NCBI GenBank assembly: GCA_050251875.1
Contig: JBFWMA010000001.1
Location: 115,230-179,229 of the forward strand
DNA length: 64,000 nucleotides
Origin: Deferribacterales bacterium
GTDB lineage: Bacteria > Chrysiogenota > Deferribacteres > Deferribacterales > Geovibrionaceae
Direction: 5' to 3'
The notes below the pieces were generated by a model. It made no database searches. It was not told the origin of the DNA and worked only from the letters and a program-made list of their open reading frames with translations. A program made the translations under genes and the position numbers. Positions 20,370 through 32,970 of this stretch are shown here, piece after piece (positions within the stretch are counted from its first letter, which is position 1; each line of letters begins with the position of its first letter).

Positions 20370-21955
20370 AAAACCGCCTTTATGTCATAATTGCGTTTCT
20401 GCTGGTAACCTCGCTGGTTTCAGCGTCAGAAGAGATATCAAACCCTCAGATAGACTCGCTCTATCTGAGGGCATCGCTTTATGACTATGAGGGAAACTTT
20501 CAAGAAGCCGCTGATATCTATGAGAATATTCTTCAGATAACAGACAGCGAGTTCGTATATGGCAAGCTGGCTGAGGACTATGCCAGACTGAACGATGTTC
20601 AGTCCATGAAGCTGACTCTGGAGAGGGGACTCAGAAAGAATCCCGACTCCGTGATCCTCACCGGACTGCTCGCCGATCTTTACAGATTCAACAAAGACAC
20701 TCTCCAGAAATCATACGAAATGTATAACAAGGCGTATGAGATGTCCAAAGACACATCATATCTCTTCGGGCTGGCTCTGGCGTATACATCCGCAGAAGAC
20801 TACAACAACGCCATCAATGTCTATGACAGGCTGGTCGCTCTGGACAAAAGATCAGAATATTATCTGAACAGAGGGCGTGTGTATGAAAAGCTGGGGCTGG
20901 AGAAAGAGAGCGTTGAGGATTTCAAAGCCGCTGTGGAGCTGGACAGCAACTTTTCCGCCGCTTCACGTCTGGCTGACTATTATCTGAAAAAAGACGATGC
21001 TGAAAATTCTATAAAATATCTGAAGATAATGCTTCAGGACAATCCGGACAACATACTGGCAAAATTCCGCATGGCGGAGGTTCTGAAGAGGGTGGGGAAT
21101 AATGATGACGCCTACAAGTTTTATGAGGCGCTGACATCATCTCTCACCGGAAACGAGCTGGCTTATGTTCTGAAACAGCTCGCCACCATGAGCTATGCCA
21201 AACACGACTATGAGAAGGCGTACGGATATTTCGTCAGAGCCTATGAGCTGGACAGCGACACCAGAAACGCCTATTCCGCCGCTATTCTGGCGGAAGGAAT
21301 GAAAGACAACGAAAAGGCGAAGGGATGGTATCTGAAGATACTGGAACTGACGCCGGACTTCGCAGACGCCAGAAAGCGTCTGGCTATAATCTATCTGAAA
21401 CAGGAAAAACCGGATGACGCCATAAAAACCCTGAGCGGGCTGGACAGCACCTATATGGATGTGGAATATTACCGCATCACGGCGGAGGCTTACAGCATGA
21501 AGCAGGACTATGCCAACGCAGAAAAGGTTCTGAAAGAGGCGCTTCTGGTTAATGAGCGTGACAGCAAGCTGAGGCTGGATCTTGCCGTGCTCTATGATGA
21601 GATAAACAAAAGGGATCTGGCGGTGGCTCTGGTGAAAGAGGGGCTTAAGCTGGAACCGGACAACGAATCTTATCTCAATTTCGTGGGGTATACCTATGCC
21701 GACATGGGCATCAACCTGAAAGAGGCGAAATCCATGATAAAAAAGGCTCTGGAGAAAAGACCTCAGGAACCGGCTTATCTGGACAGCATGGGCTGGGTGC
21801 TCTACAAGCTGGGCAGATACAAAGACGCTTACGATTATCAGAAAAAAGCTCTGAAACTGGCTCCGGATGTAGCTGAACTTCAGGATCACATGAAGTCCAT
21901 CATGCAGAAGCTGGGAATCAGAAAAAGTATAGATGATGTTATTAAAGAAGATTAG
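20366..21955 (+). CDS. Exported TPR protein
   Basis: Signal peptide, many TPRs, C-terminal [10 protein letters not shown]...YLDSMGW pattern typical of the TPR protein upstream of lolB/ispE. Confidence 0.85.
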   Translation: MKNRLYVIIAFLLVTSLVSASEEISNPQIDSLYLRASLYDYEGNFQEAADIYENILQITDSEFVYGKLAEDYARLNDVQSMKLTLERGLRKNPDSVILTGLLADLYRFNKDTLQKSYEMYNKAYEMSKDTSYLFGLALAYTSAEDYNNAINVYDRLVALDKRSEYYLNRGRVYEKLGLEKESVEDFKAAVELDSNFSAASRLADYYLKKDDAENSIKYLKIMLQDNPDNILAKFRMAEVLKRVGNNDDAYKFYEALTSSLTGNELAYVLKQLATMSYAKHDYEKAYGYFVRAYELDSDTRNAYSAAILAEGMKDNEKAKGWYLKILELTPDFADARKRLAIIYLKQEKPDDAIKTLSGLDSTYMDVEYYRITAEAYSMKQDYANAEKVLKEALLVNERDSKLRLDLAVLYDEINKRDLAVALVKEGLKLEPDNESYLNFVGYTYADMGINLKEAKSMIKKALEKRPQEPAYLDSMGWVLYKLGRYKDAYDYQKKALKLAPDVAELQDHMKSIMQKLGIRKSIDDVIKED

Positions 21956-22532
21956 TCTTTTACTGCTGATATTTCTCATAATATCCTGCGTTCCGAAAGC
22001 CAGGATAGCCACCATCGACAAAGACACTCTCTCCAGAATCTTTGCCAACAATACCCAGATATGCTCATATAAAGGCAAAATAGTTATCAGATATCAGGAC
22101 GAGCGTAACGACATCAGCCTGAAAGGATATCTGGATAAGGCGTGCAATAAGGATTTTCATCTGGTGGTGCTGGGACCTCTCAACATCGTTATGGCGGATA
22201 TAACCTATAAAGACGGAGCCGTGACCGCTGACAAGAACGGAGAGGACATCAGCCTGTTTGCGTCATATATTATGAAGGCGAAAAACGTGGACGCCACAGT
22301 GGAACTGATCCGCTATCCGTTCGTAGAGGTGGACGACACATATACACTGAGCGCCGAGGGCGGAAACTTCATCCTGAAAAAAGACGACATCACGGTGAAG
22401 ACGGACGCCGACTGCTACATAACCGAGATAACAGACGGGCGCAGAAAATTTACATATGAGTATGAGAACAACAAAATATACAATATATATTATGAATACA
22501 AAGACCAAAGGATAAAAATAGGACTGAGATGA
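21933..22532 (+). CDS. Lipoprotein, possible LolB-like
   Basis: Lipobox IISC; beta-rich 199 aa; positioned between the TPR gene and ispE. Confidence 0.6.
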   Translation: MMLLKKISLLLLIFLIISCVPKARIATIDKDTLSRIFANNTQICSYKGKIVIRYQDERNDISLKGYLDKACNKDFHLVVLGPLNIVMADITYKDGAVTADKNGEDISLFASYIMKAKNVDATVELIRYPFVEVDDTYTLSAEGGNFILKKDDITVKTDADCYITEITDGRRKFTYEYENNKIYNIYYEYKDQRIKIGLR

Positions 22533-23371
22533 ATTCAATAACCCTGAAAAGCTATGGCAAGATAAATATCTTCCTGCATGTTCTGGGAAAAAGACGGGAC
22601 GGATTTCACGAACTTTACACGCTGTTCACCAGAATAGACACATACGACACAATCACAGTTGAGAGATCGGACAGATTCAGAATAACCTGCTCTAACCCCG
22701 AGATACCCACAGATCACAAGAACATAATCAGCAGAGTGCATAATATCCTCAGAGAGAACCACAGGATTCCTCAGGATTTCAGCGTTCATATCGAAAAGAG
22801 GATACCGGACGGCGGCGGACTGGGGGGCGGAAGCTCCAACGGAGCGGCGTATCTGAAGGCTGTGCTGGCGCTGACAAAGAACGATATGCCCATAGAAACC
22901 CAGACGGACGTCATGGCGGCGGTGGGTTCGGACACGGCATTTTTTCTGTATGACGAGCCGATGACAGGCGAGGGCAGGGGCGAGAAGCTGACGCCTTACG
23001 GAAAACTGCCCGAGGCTTATGTGCTTCTGGTTAATCCGGATACCCATGTATCCACGGCAGAAGTTTTCCGAAGCGGAAAATTAACGTTGACTGATAGAGC
23101 AGAAGTTAATAAAATTCGGCACGCAGAAACATTTGAAGACTATGGAGAGATTCTTTTCAACGGGCTGGAGAGCGCTGTTCTCCCTATCTATCCTGTTGTG
23201 GCGGAAGCAAAAAGAGCTCTTCTGGATTCCGGTGCCGACTATGCTCTGATGAGCGGAAGCGGCGCTACTGTTTTCGGTCTGTTCAGAAACAAAACAGGGG
23301 CGGAGAACGCCCAAATAAATATATCTCAGAAATATCCGCGCTGGCGCTGTTTTCTGACACATATAATATAA
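22529..23371 (+). CDS. ispE: 4-diphosphocytidyl-2-C-methyl-D-erythritol kinase
   Basis: KINIFL, GGLGGGSSN, MSGSG. Confidence 0.95.
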   Translation: MNSITLKSYGKINIFLHVLGKRRDGFHELYTLFTRIDTYDTITVERSDRFRITCSNPEIPTDHKNIISRVHNILRENHRIPQDFSVHIEKRIPDGGGLGGGSSNGAAYLKAVLALTKNDMPIETQTDVMAAVGSDTAFFLYDEPMTGEGRGEKLTPYGKLPEAYVLLVNPDTHVSTAEVFRSGKLTLTDRAEVNKIRHAETFEDYGEILFNGLESAVLPIYPVVAEAKRALLDSGADYALMSGSGATVFGLFRNKTGAENAQINISQKYPRWRCFLTHII

Positions 23372-23383
23372 GGAGCATACAGA

Positions 23384-24334
23384 ATGGATTATCTTGTTTT
23401 TTCCGGTACATCTAACCGGCCTCTGGCACAGAGCATAGTTGAAAAGCTGGGTATGAGACTCGGAGACGCGGATGTGCGCAAATTCAGTGACGGTGAGATA
23501 TTCGTAAGGATTAACGAGAGCGTCAGGGGACGTGATGTTTTCCTGATCCAGTCAACATGCAAACCCGCTGAGGAGAACCTGATAGAGCTTATGATTATGG
23601 TGGACGCCCTGAAACGCGCCTCAGCCAACAGCGTCACCGCCATCATCCCTTACTTCGGATATGCCCGTCAGGACAGAACATCCGAGCCCAGAGTGCCGAT
23701 CACCGCTAAACTGGTGGCAAATCTGCTGACAAAATCAGGCATAGACAGAGTGGTTACTCTGAACCTCCATGCCGGACAGATTCAGGGATTTTTCGACATT
23801 CCCGTGGACAACCTCTATTCCTCACCCGTTTTCGAAAAATATTTCATGGAAAATAAAATGTACGGCGATGACTATGTCGTGGTATCTCCCGATGCCGGCG
23901 GTGTTGCCAGAGCCAGAGCATACGCCAAAATACTCGACACATCTCTCGCCATTGTCGATAAAAGACGTGAGAAAGCGAATGTCGCTCAGGCGATGAACGT
24001 TATCGGCGATGTAAAAGGCAAAAAAGTAATCATAGTGGACGACATGATCGACACAGCCGGAACACTGACTCAGGCCGCTCAGGCGTGTCTGGATCACGGC
24101 GCTCTGTCCGTCATAGCCGCCGCTCCCCACGGAATCCTTTCCGGACCCGCTATAGAGAGAATAGTCCAGTCTCCTCTGGCACAGGTGATAGTGACAGACA
24201 CAGTACCCTTCGCCAAAGAGAAAGAGATCAGCAAGATCAAGGTGCTGAGCGTTGCCGGACTTCTGGCGGAAGCCATCACAAGGATCTATACAAAAGAATC
24301 CATCAGCTCGCTCTTTGCCAAGGGTCAGGTATAA
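23384..24334 (+). CDS. prs: Ribose-phosphate pyrophosphokinase
   Basis: PYFGYARQDR, VSPDAGG, VDDMIDTAGT. Confidence 0.97.
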   Translation: MDYLVFSGTSNRPLAQSIVEKLGMRLGDADVRKFSDGEIFVRINESVRGRDVFLIQSTCKPAEENLIELMIMVDALKRASANSVTAIIPYFGYARQDRTSEPRVPITAKLVANLLTKSGIDRVVTLNLHAGQIQGFFDIPVDNLYSSPVFEKYFMENKMYGDDYVVVSPDAGGVARARAYAKILDTSLAIVDKRREKANVAQAMNVIGDVKGKKVIIVDDMIDTAGTLTQAAQACLDHGALSVIAAAPHGILSGPAIERIVQSPLAQVIVTDTVPFAKEKEISKIKVLSVAGLLAEAITRIYTKESISSLFAKGQV

Positions 24335-24898
24335 GTGCTGATTGTCGGACTCGGCAACCCCGGAGAAAAATATGACCGCACCCGCCATAACCTGGGGTTC
24401 ATGGCTGCCGATGCCCTTGTGTCTGAATATTCCGGCACATGGAGCAAGGGGTTCAAAGGCGAGTATTCGGAGATCTTTATAAACGGAAAGAAAGTTTTCG
24501 TTCTTAAGCCCCAGACATTTATGAATCTGAGCGGCGAGAGTGTCCAGCCCTTCTGCGCATTCTATAAGATAGCGCCGGAGGATATAATAGTTGTTCACGA
24601 TGATATGGATATGGAGTTCACCCGGCTGAAGATCCGCAACGGAGGCTCATCTGGCGGGCATAACGGGATAAAGTCCATCGTCCAGCATCTCGGGACGGAA
24701 AAATTTCCCAGAGTGAAAATGGGCATAGGGAAAGATTTAAAAAAAGAGACAATTGGTCATGTTTTGGGGAAATTTAGCCCTGACGAAGCTGAAAAACTTG
24801 ACGAATTTGTCAAATCTAGTGTAAAAGCTATAGTTTCCATTGTTAATGACGGTCTCACAAAGGCGATGAACGAGCACAACAGATCACTGCTTTTGTAA
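24335..24898 (+). CDS. pth: Peptidyl-tRNA hydrolase
   Basis: VGLGNPG, TRHN, KPQTFMNLSG, GGHNG. Confidence 0.96.
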   Translation: MLIVGLGNPGEKYDRTRHNLGFMAADALVSEYSGTWSKGFKGEYSEIFINGKKVFVLKPQTFMNLSGESVQPFCAFYKIAPEDIIVVHDDMDMEFTRLKIRNGGSSGGHNGIKSIVQHLGTEKFPRVKMGIGKDLKKETIGHVLGKFSPDEAEKLDEFVKSSVKAIVSIVNDGLTKAMNEHNRSLLL

Positions 24899-24968
24899 TG
24901 TTACTGATATGGAAGATATTTTTTGATAAAAATATATCATTAAAAAGTCCACTAGGAGGAACAACACG

Positions 24969-27002
24969 ATGACAGATATGTCTTACCTCGCTCCGGTGCT
25001 TGGCATCATCGGGCTCGCAGTCGCGTTTATCATCTACAGCTCGATTGTCAGACAGCCTGTAGGCAGCGAGAAAATGAAAGAGATCTCAGAGGCCATCCAT
25101 GATGGTGCTATGGCGTTTCTTCGCCGTGAGTACAAGGTACTTGCTATTTTTGTTGTAATTGTTTTTGCGCTTATGTTTTTCGCTAAAGACCTTGGACCCA
25201 ACACAGCATTTTCATTCTTAGGCGGAGCTTTCTGCTCTATTATGGCAGGATTTTTCGGTATGCAGTCTGCTACCAAGGCAAACGTCAGAACATCCGAAGC
25301 CGCCAGAGCAAAAGGCATGGCTGCCGCTCTTTCTGTCGCTTATAACGGCGGCGCGGTAATGGGTCTGGCTGTCGCTTCACTCGGACTTATCGGAGTAGGT
25401 ATTCTTTTCATGCTTTTCGGCAACCCCGAAACAGCTAAATACATTAACGGATTCGCTATGGGTGCTTCTTCTATCGCTCTGTTCGCCAGAGTGGGCGGCG
25501 GTATCTATACAAAAGCCGCTGACGTGGGCGCTGACCTCGTTGGTAAAGTAGAAGCCGGAATCCCCGAAGACGACCCCAGAAACCCCGGTGTTATCGCTGA
25601 CAACGTTGGAGACAACGTAGGCGACATCGCTGGTATGGGCGCTGACATCTTCGAATCATATGTCGGTTCTATCATCGCTACACTCATCATCGGCGCTACA
25701 GCCTCTCCCGAGCTGCTGGCTCTTCTCACACCCGAGACAGCCGACATAGCTATAGCTAAATCACACCTGATGATAGCTCCCCTGATGCTCGCTGTTATGG
25801 GTCTTGTCGCTTCACTGGCAGGCGTTTTCTCCATGAAACTCCTGAAAAGCATCGAGCCCGCAGCAGCACTGCGCTATTCAACATTTATCGGCGCCGGTCT
25901 TTTCCTGATCTTCGCCTATATCTATATATCATCAATGGTAATCGCCAACGGTGTTTTCTGGGCGCTTCTGTCAGGTACTATGATCGGTATCCTGATCGGT
26001 CTTGTTACAGAATACTACACAGCAGCCGGTCCTGTCAGAAGAATCGTTCTCGCTTCTAAAACAGGTCCCGCCACAAACATCATCACAGGTCTTGCCGTTG
26101 GTCTTGAGTCTGTTGTTGCTCCTATCCTGCTGATCTGTATCGGCATATATGTAGCTAACTCAGTAGCCGGACTTTACGGTATCGGTATCGCCGCTGTCGG
26201 TATGCTTGCCACTGTCGGTGTTACTATGACTGTTGACGCTTACGGACCTATCGCTGACAACGCCGGCGGTATCTCTGAGATGGCAGGTCTTGGAAAAGAC
26301 GTGCGTAACATCACAGACAGCCTTGACGCTATCGGAAACACAACAGCCGCTGTTGGTAAAGGTTTTGCCATCGGTTCAGCCGCTCTTACAGCTCTGGCTC
26401 TGTTCGCCGCTTACGGCGCTTCCGCTAAAGTCGGCGTGATAGACATCACACAGCCCAAAGTAGTTATCGGTCTTTTCATAGGCGGATTCCTGCCCTTCCT
26501 TATCGGCGCTCTCACCATGACATCTGTTGGTAAAGCCGCAGAGCAGATGGTTGAAGAAATCCGCCGCCAGTTCCGTGAAATCCCCGGACTTCTGGAAGGC
26601 AAAGAGGGCGTTAAGCCCGATCCTAAAACTTGCGTTGATATATCCACAGCCGCCGCTCTGAAAGAAATGATTCTTCCCGGCGTAATGGCTGTTATCTGCC
26701 CCATCCTTGTCGGATTCATCCTCGGTAAAGAGGCTCTGGGCGGAACACTCGCCGGCGCTACTGTTTCCGGTGTTCTTCTTGCTCTGCTGATGGCTAACGC
26801 CGGCGGCGCATGGGACAACGCTAAGAAAGCTGTAGAAAAAAGCGCTTACGGTTCAGACGGCAAAGGCTCAGATCAGCACAAAGCCGCTGTAGTGGGCGAC
26901 ACAGTGGGCGACCCCTTCAAAGATACATCAGGTCCCGCGATGAACATTCTCATCAAACTGATGTCAATCGTTTCACTTATCATTGCGCCGCTAATAGCGT
27001 AA
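24969..27002 (+). CDS. hppA: Membrane pyrophosphatase, K+-dependent, probably Na+-translocating
   Basis: [36 protein letters not shown] and DIFESY signatures. Confidence 0.95.
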   Translation: MTDMSYLAPVLGIIGLAVAFIIYSSIVRQPVGSEKMKEISEAIHDGAMAFLRREYKVLAIFVVIVFALMFFAKDLGPNTAFSFLGGAFCSIMAGFFGMQSATKANVRTSEAARAKGMAAALSVAYNGGAVMGLAVASLGLIGVGILFMLFGNPETAKYINGFAMGASSIALFARVGGGIYTKAADVGADLVGKVEAGIPEDDPRNPGVIADNVGDNVGDIAGMGADIFESYVGSIIATLIIGATASPELLALLTPETADIAIAKSHLMIAPLMLAVMGLVASLAGVFSMKLLKSIEPAAALRYSTFIGAGLFLIFAYIYISSMVIANGVFWALLSGTMIGILIGLVTEYYTAAGPVRRIVLASKTGPATNIITGLAVGLESVVAPILLICIGIYVANSVAGLYGIGIAAVGMLATVGVTMTVDAYGPIADNAGGISEMAGLGKDVRNITDSLDAIGNTTAAVGKGFAIGSAALTALALFAAYGASAKVGVIDITQPKVVIGLFIGGFLPFLIGALTMTSVGKAAEQMVEEIRRQFREIPGLLEGKEGVKPDPKTCVDISTAAALKEMILPGVMAVICPILVGFILGKEALGGTLAGATVSGVLLALLMANAGGAWDNAKKAVEKSAYGSDGKGSDQHKAAVVGDTVGDPFKDTSGPAMNILIKLMSIVSLIIAPLIA

Positions 27003-27015
27003 GATTAAAAAACTT

Positions 27016-27046
27016 AAAGGCAGACACTTGCGTGTCTGCCTTTTTT
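27016..27046 (+). terminator. Intrinsic terminator after hppA
   Basis: AAAGGCAGACAC-TTGC-GTGTCTGCCTTTTTT. Confidence 0.85.
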
Positions 27047-27076
27047 GTTTTAGAGTATTTTTTCATAAAAACATCA

Positions 27077-27147
27077 CCCTCTTTCTCAAAGAGGGATGGG
27101 GAGATTTCTTAAAGAAATCCCTCCCCGCCTCCCTTTAAAAAGGGAGG
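27077..27147. repeat. REP-like element, family 2 (CCCTCTTT..AAAGAGGG..GGGGAGATTTC..GAAATCCC..CCTCCCTTT..AAGGGAGG)
   Basis: Three-hairpin unit; closely similar copy at 62340-62412. Confidence 0.85.
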
Positions 27148-27161
27148 AGCAAGGAGCGTAC

Positions 27162-28256
27162 ATGGGATTCAACTGCGGTATCGTCGGACTGCCTAATGTG
27201 GGCAAATCAACTATTTTCAACGCCCTGACTAAGGCAGGCGCCGCCAGCGCCAACTATCCTTTCTGCACAATCGACCCGAACACAGGCATTGTGCCTGTTA
27301 TAGACGAAAGACAGGATTACATCATTCAGTTTATCAAACCGAAATCCATAGTGCGCACCACCATCGAGTTCGTGGACATAGCCGGGCTGGTGAAAGGCGC
27401 CAGTAAAGGCGAGGGTCTGGGTAACCAGTTCCTGACAAACATTCGCCAGGTGGACGCCGTGGCGCACGTTGTGCGTTGTTTTGACAGTACGGATATAACC
27501 CACGTTGAGGGCACAGTAGACCCCGAGCGTGATATAGATATAATCAACACCGAGCTGCTCTTAAGCGACATGGAGATAATAGACCGTGCCGTGGACAAGA
27601 CTCAGAAAGCCTCCAAAGGAGGCGACAAAGAGATGCTCAGAAAACTGGAATATCTGAAAAAACTTCAGGCGGAAGTAGCCAAAGGGACTCAGATAAGAAA
27701 CATCGACGGCTATAAGGAGATGGTAGAGGAGCTTCCCGAATATTCCTTCATCACCGCCAAGCCCGTGATGTATGTTATGAACGTGAACGAAGACGAGATT
27801 CTGGAAGATAATGAATACGCAAAAAGAGTGCGTGCCATAGCCGAGAAAGAACAGGCCGTGTGCGTGCGCATATGCGGAAAGATAGAACAGGAGATATCCG
27901 AGCTGGACGAGGCGGAGGCGAAAGAGTTTCTGGAGAGCCTCGGGCTCCAGCGCTCCGGTCTCACAGAGATGACCGAACAGGGATATAAGCTCCTGGATCT
28001 GATAACATTCTTCACCGCCGGGGAGAAAGAGGTGCGCGCCTGGACCATCACCAGAGGCACCACGGCTCAGAAAGCGGCAGGAAAAATCCACACCGACATA
28101 GAGAGAGGATTTATCCGCGCGGAAGTCACCAGCTATGCTGATTTTCAGGCTTTCAACTCTCTGACTAAGGCGAAGGAAATGGGCAAAATGCGTCTTGAGG
28201 GAAAAGAATATCTTGTTCAGGACGGCGATATAATGTATTTCAGGTTCAATGTATAG
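27162..28256 (+). CDS. ychF: Redox-regulated ATPase YchF
   Basis: GLPNVGKST, NYPFCTI, DIAGLV; true start MGFNCG after AAGGAG. Confidence 0.96.
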   Translation: MGFNCGIVGLPNVGKSTIFNALTKAGAASANYPFCTIDPNTGIVPVIDERQDYIIQFIKPKSIVRTTIEFVDIAGLVKGASKGEGLGNQFLTNIRQVDAVAHVVRCFDSTDITHVEGTVDPERDIDIINTELLLSDMEIIDRAVDKTQKASKGGDKEMLRKLEYLKKLQAEVAKGTQIRNIDGYKEMVEELPEYSFITAKPVMYVMNVNEDEILEDNEYAKRVRAIAEKEQAVCVRICGKIEQEISELDEAEAKEFLESLGLQRSGLTEMTEQGYKLLDLITFFTAGEKEVRAWTITRGTTAQKAAGKIHTDIERGFIRAEVTSYADFQAFNSLTKAKEMGKMRLEGKEYLVQDGDIMYFRFNV

Positions 28257-28971
28257 AAAAACACTGCTACTACTGATAACTTTTCTGACCGCGGGGATAT
28301 TGCACGCTGCAAACTATGCCAATGTTACTGTGCCGTCACTCTCCATATATTCCAAGCCGTCCACCAACGCCGACATCACGGGGACTCTGAAAAACGGAGC
28401 CGGTGTCGAGATTCTCGAAAAGAAGAACGGGTGGGTCAGGATAAAGCTCCCGGAAGGGGCGACAGGTTATGTGAAAAATCAGGGTCTGAAGGCGACCACT
28501 GTGAAGCCGGAACCCGCCAGCATCAGCGATCAGGTGGAAAAACTTCTGAATAAATTCAACAAGACGGTTCTGGAATCCGAGTATGCTAAGACAAAGAAAG
28601 TAGTTCCGTCTCTCAGCCTGGCTTCTGTCAGAAGCCAGAGCGATATGACCTTCGTATTCTGCGCCGTCAATCTGGACGGAAAAAAAGTTCCGTCACTCAG
28701 AAGAAATCCGCTGGCAAAAAATATGAGAGAGCTCATCGAGCTGTCTTTTCTGAAAATGCTGAAAAAGCCGTCTCCGATGTATAGAATAGCGGTGGAAACA
28801 CCGTATTTCGGCGATAAAGGTGTTATCAACGGCACCAACAATTATGCCGTGTTCACTATTCAGGCGGAAAAAGAGCAGATTAATCAGGTTGAAAAGGGTA
28901 CAATATCCGTATGGAATCTGGTGCGCAGTACAAAAAAACTGGGCATGGTCTTTGAGGATATGCCTCACTAG
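28249..28971 (+). CDS. Exported SH3b-domain protein
   Basis: Signal peptide; GWVRI...GYVK SH3b pattern. Confidence 0.7.
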   Translation: MYRKTLLLLITFLTAGILHAANYANVTVPSLSIYSKPSTNADITGTLKNGAGVEILEKKNGWVRIKLPEGATGYVKNQGLKATTVKPEPASISDQVEKLLNKFNKTVLESEYAKTKKVVPSLSLASVRSQSDMTFVFCAVNLDGKKVPSLRRNPLAKNMRELIELSFLKMLKKPSPMYRIAVETPYFGDKGVINGTNNYAVFTIQAEKEQINQVEKGTISVWNLVRSTKKLGMVFEDMPH

Positions 28972-29000
28972 GTTATTATTCCGCATGGCGGGAGGTTTAG

Positions 29001-29483
29001 ATGTCTTCCTTAACACATTTTGACGAACAGGGCAGAAGCCGTATGGTGGATGTCACCGAGAAGAACGACACTGTCCGTGAGGCTGTGGCTGAGGGATATA
29101 TTAAAATGTCTCCCGAAACACTCGATCAGCTCATCGCCGGAAAGATGGCGAAGGGCAGAAACGTTTTCGAGGTTGCCCGTGTCGCCGCCGTTATGGCTGT
29201 TAAAAAGACATCGGACATAATCCCAATGTGTCACCCGCTTCTGATAACAGGAGTGGACGTCTATTTTGAACCGGATAAAGAAAAATCTCTTGTTAATATA
29301 CAGGTAAAAGCGAAGCTGGCAGGAAAAACAGGCATCGAGATGGAAGCGCTCACAGGTGTTTCCGTTGCCGCCCTCACCATTTATGACATGTGCAAGGCAG
29401 TGGACAAAAATATGGTGATCGGCGATATCCGCCTGATGAAAAAATCCGGCGGAAAGAGCGGAACTTTTATCAGGGAAGAATAA
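29001..29483 (+). CDS. moaC: Cyclic pyranopterin monophosphate synthase
   Basis: MVDV, IPMCHP, TGIEMEAL, YDMCK, KSGG. Confidence 0.96.
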   Translation: MSSLTHFDEQGRSRMVDVTEKNDTVREAVAEGYIKMSPETLDQLIAGKMAKGRNVFEVARVAAVMAVKKTSDIIPMCHPLLITGVDVYFEPDKEKSLVNIQVKAKLAGKTGIEMEALTGVSVAALTIYDMCKAVDKNMVIGDIRLMKKSGGKSGTFIREE

Positions 29484-29486
29484 TAT

Positions 29487-30323
29487 ATGAGAGTACATTT
29501 AGCGCAGATCAAGCCCGTTCTGGGCGATGTGGAAAAGAACGCCGAAAAGCATTTTGAGATAATCGAACACGCCCTTCAGCAGGGGTGCGAGATGGTGGTC
29601 TTTCCGGAGCTGTCACTCACCGGCTATTATCTTCTGGATCTGGTATATGACGTGGCGATGGACGAGAGCCACCCCATCTATCAGAAATTTCTGGAATATT
29701 CAAAGAACATAGCGATCGTTTTCGGCTATGTTTATGAGTCGAAAGACAGGCTTTTCTACAACGCCTCAGCGTTCGTGCACCGTGGAGTCACTGTGCATCA
29801 GCACCGCAAGGTGTATCTCCCGGACTACACACTCTTTGAAGAGGGCAGATATTTTGCCGCCGGAAACCGCATCCAGACCTTCGAAACGGAGTTCGGCACC
29901 ACAGGCATGCTGATATGCGAGGACGTGTTTCACATGAGCTCGCTCTACATTCTGTCGCAGTCCGGCGTGCAGAACATTATCATCCTGTCCAACAGTCCCG
30001 CCAGAGGCAACCTGGAGCTGGGACACGATGCCTCCAACACATGGCAGACATCTAACAGATATATGGCGGGTGTGCTGACGGTGAACGTGATATTCGTGAA
30101 CCGTGTGGGCGTGGAAGACGGCGTATCCTTCTGGGGAGGATCAGAGGTATATGATGCCAGAGGGCGTCTGCTGGCTAATCTGGATATGTTCAAGGAGCAG
30201 ACAGCCTGTGTGGATATCGATCTGGAGAATGTCAGAAGAGCGAGGATAGAGACACCTTTCCTCAGGGACGAGAAGAGCTTTCTGCTCAGAAATTTCCTCA
30301 ACAGCGAAAGGGGGATTAAATGA
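29487..30323 (+). CDS. Nitrilase-fold C-N hydrolase, probable glutaminase partner of NadE
   Basis: E-K-C triad (VFPE, HRKVYLP, ICED); ATGA overlap with nadE. Confidence 0.8.
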   Translation: MRVHLAQIKPVLGDVEKNAEKHFEIIEHALQQGCEMVVFPELSLTGYYLLDLVYDVAMDESHPIYQKFLEYSKNIAIVFGYVYESKDRLFYNASAFVHRGVTVHQHRKVYLPDYTLFEEGRYFAAGNRIQTFETEFGTTGMLICEDVFHMSSLYILSQSGVQNIIILSNSPARGNLELGHDASNTWQTSNRYMAGVLTVNVIFVNRVGVEDGVSFWGGSEVYDARGRLLANLDMFKEQTACVDIDLENVRRARIETPFLRDEKSFLLRNFLNSERGIK

Positions 30324-31132
30324 GGCTTGACCTTGATCTCACCGTTGATATACTCACAAACTTTATAAAAGAAGAGACAGAGAAAATAGGGCTGAATAAT
30401 GTCGTATTGGGTCTGTCCGGAGGAATAGATTCCGCCCTCAGCGCCGCTCTGGCGGCTAAGGCATTGGGCGGGGACAGGGTGTATGCCTACTGCATGCCCT
30501 ATAAGCTCTCCAGCGATGAGAGCCTGAAAGACGCCATCAAGGTGGCTGAAACCTTTAAACTGAATTTCGAGGTGATAGAGATCACGGATATGGTTGATCC
30601 CTATTTCGCCATGATGGAAGATATCAGCAAACTCAGAATGGGCAACGTGATGGCTCGCCAGAGGATGATATGTCTGTTCGACATGTCTGCCAAGGTGGGC
30701 GGGCTGGTGCTGGGCACCAGCAACAAGACTGAGCTTCTTCTGGGATATGGCACATGGTACGGCGACCTCGCCAGCGCCATAAACCCCATTGGCGATCTTT
30801 ACAAGACGCAGGTGTGGGAGCTGTCCGAATATCTGGGGATTCCCCAGACAGTGGTGGACAAACCGCCCACCGCAGATCTTTGGGTCGGGCAGACGGACGA
30901 ACAGGAGCTGGGGTTCACCTATAAACAGGCGGACGATTTGCTCTATGCCATGATAGACGAGCGCAGACGCACTCAGGAGCTCATTAAGATGGGATTCGAG
31001 GAAGAGTTCGTGAAAAAGGTATCGGACAGAGTTCGCAGAAACCAGTTTAAGAGAAATCCGGTGGTGATAGCCAAGGTCAGCCAGAGAACCATAGGACGTG
31101 ACTTCCGCTATTGCCGGGACTGGGGATATTAG
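30320..31132 (+). CDS. nadE: NAD+ synthetase (synthetase domain only)
   Basis: [29 protein letters not shown]. Confidence 0.95.
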   Translation: MRLDLDLTVDILTNFIKEETEKIGLNNVVLGLSGGIDSALSAALAAKALGGDRVYAYCMPYKLSSDESLKDAIKVAETFKLNFEVIEITDMVDPYFAMMEDISKLRMGNVMARQRMICLFDMSAKVGGLVLGTSNKTELLLGYGTWYGDLASAINPIGDLYKTQVWELSEYLGIPQTVVDKPPTADLWVGQTDEQELGFTYKQADDLLYAMIDERRRTQELIKMGFEEEFVKKVSDRVRRNQFKRNPVVIAKVSQRTIGRDFRYCRDWGY

Positions 31133-31162
31133 CATATAGAATGAGGTTAGTGACGGCTTAAC

Positions 31163-31202
31163 GTCATTGCGAGGAAGCCTTCGGGCTGACGCGGCAATCT
31201 CA
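31163..31202. repeat. Family 1 REP half-unit
   Basis: GTCATTGCGAGGAAGCCTTCGGGCTGACGCGGCAATCTCA. Confidence 0.85.
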
Positions 31203-31237
31203 TAACAGGATATAAACCCGGAAATACAAGGAGATAA

Positions 31238-32710
<1,473 letters not shown>

Positions 32711-32715
32711 TTTAA

Positions 32716-32807
32716 TTGAAAAATCCCATCCTTGGGATTTTTCAATATGACTTTCTCGGAGTAATCCGAGAAAGGTCTCACGCAAGCGAGCCCCATCCGT
32801 GGGGCTA
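32716..32807. repeat. Multi-hairpin element, family 3 (CATCCNTG loops)
   Basis: TTGAAAAATCC-CATCCTTG-GGATTTTTCAA, TTTCTCGGA-gtaa-TCCGAGAAA, AGCCC-CATCCGTG-GGGCT. Confidence 0.65.
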
Positions 32808-32852
32808 AGTTGAAGATGATTGGTTCGTGAGATTTTGGATATTATAGATGTT

Positions 32853-32939
32853 TGAGATTGCCGCGTCAGCCGTAGGGCTTCCTCGCAATGACGCTCTCCT
32901 TTCTGTCATAGCGAGGAGCGGGAGCGACGTCGCTATCTC
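32853..32939. repeat. Two family 1 REP half-units in opposite orientation
   Basis: 32853-32892 is the reverse complement of 31163-31202 (37/40 identical); 32905-32939 reads GTCATAGCGAGGAGC...GCTATCTC. Confidence 0.85.
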
Positions 32940-32970
32940 GTTAAAAGATATTAAATGTTTGAGAGGCAAT

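Noticed and set aside
27096..27161. N-terminal extension of YchF
   Set aside because: It derives from the family 2 repeat; the real start with RBS is 27162
32848..32970. N-terminal extension of GuaA in the ORF track
   Set aside because: It is a translation of the family 1 repeats; the RBS and homology begin at 32971
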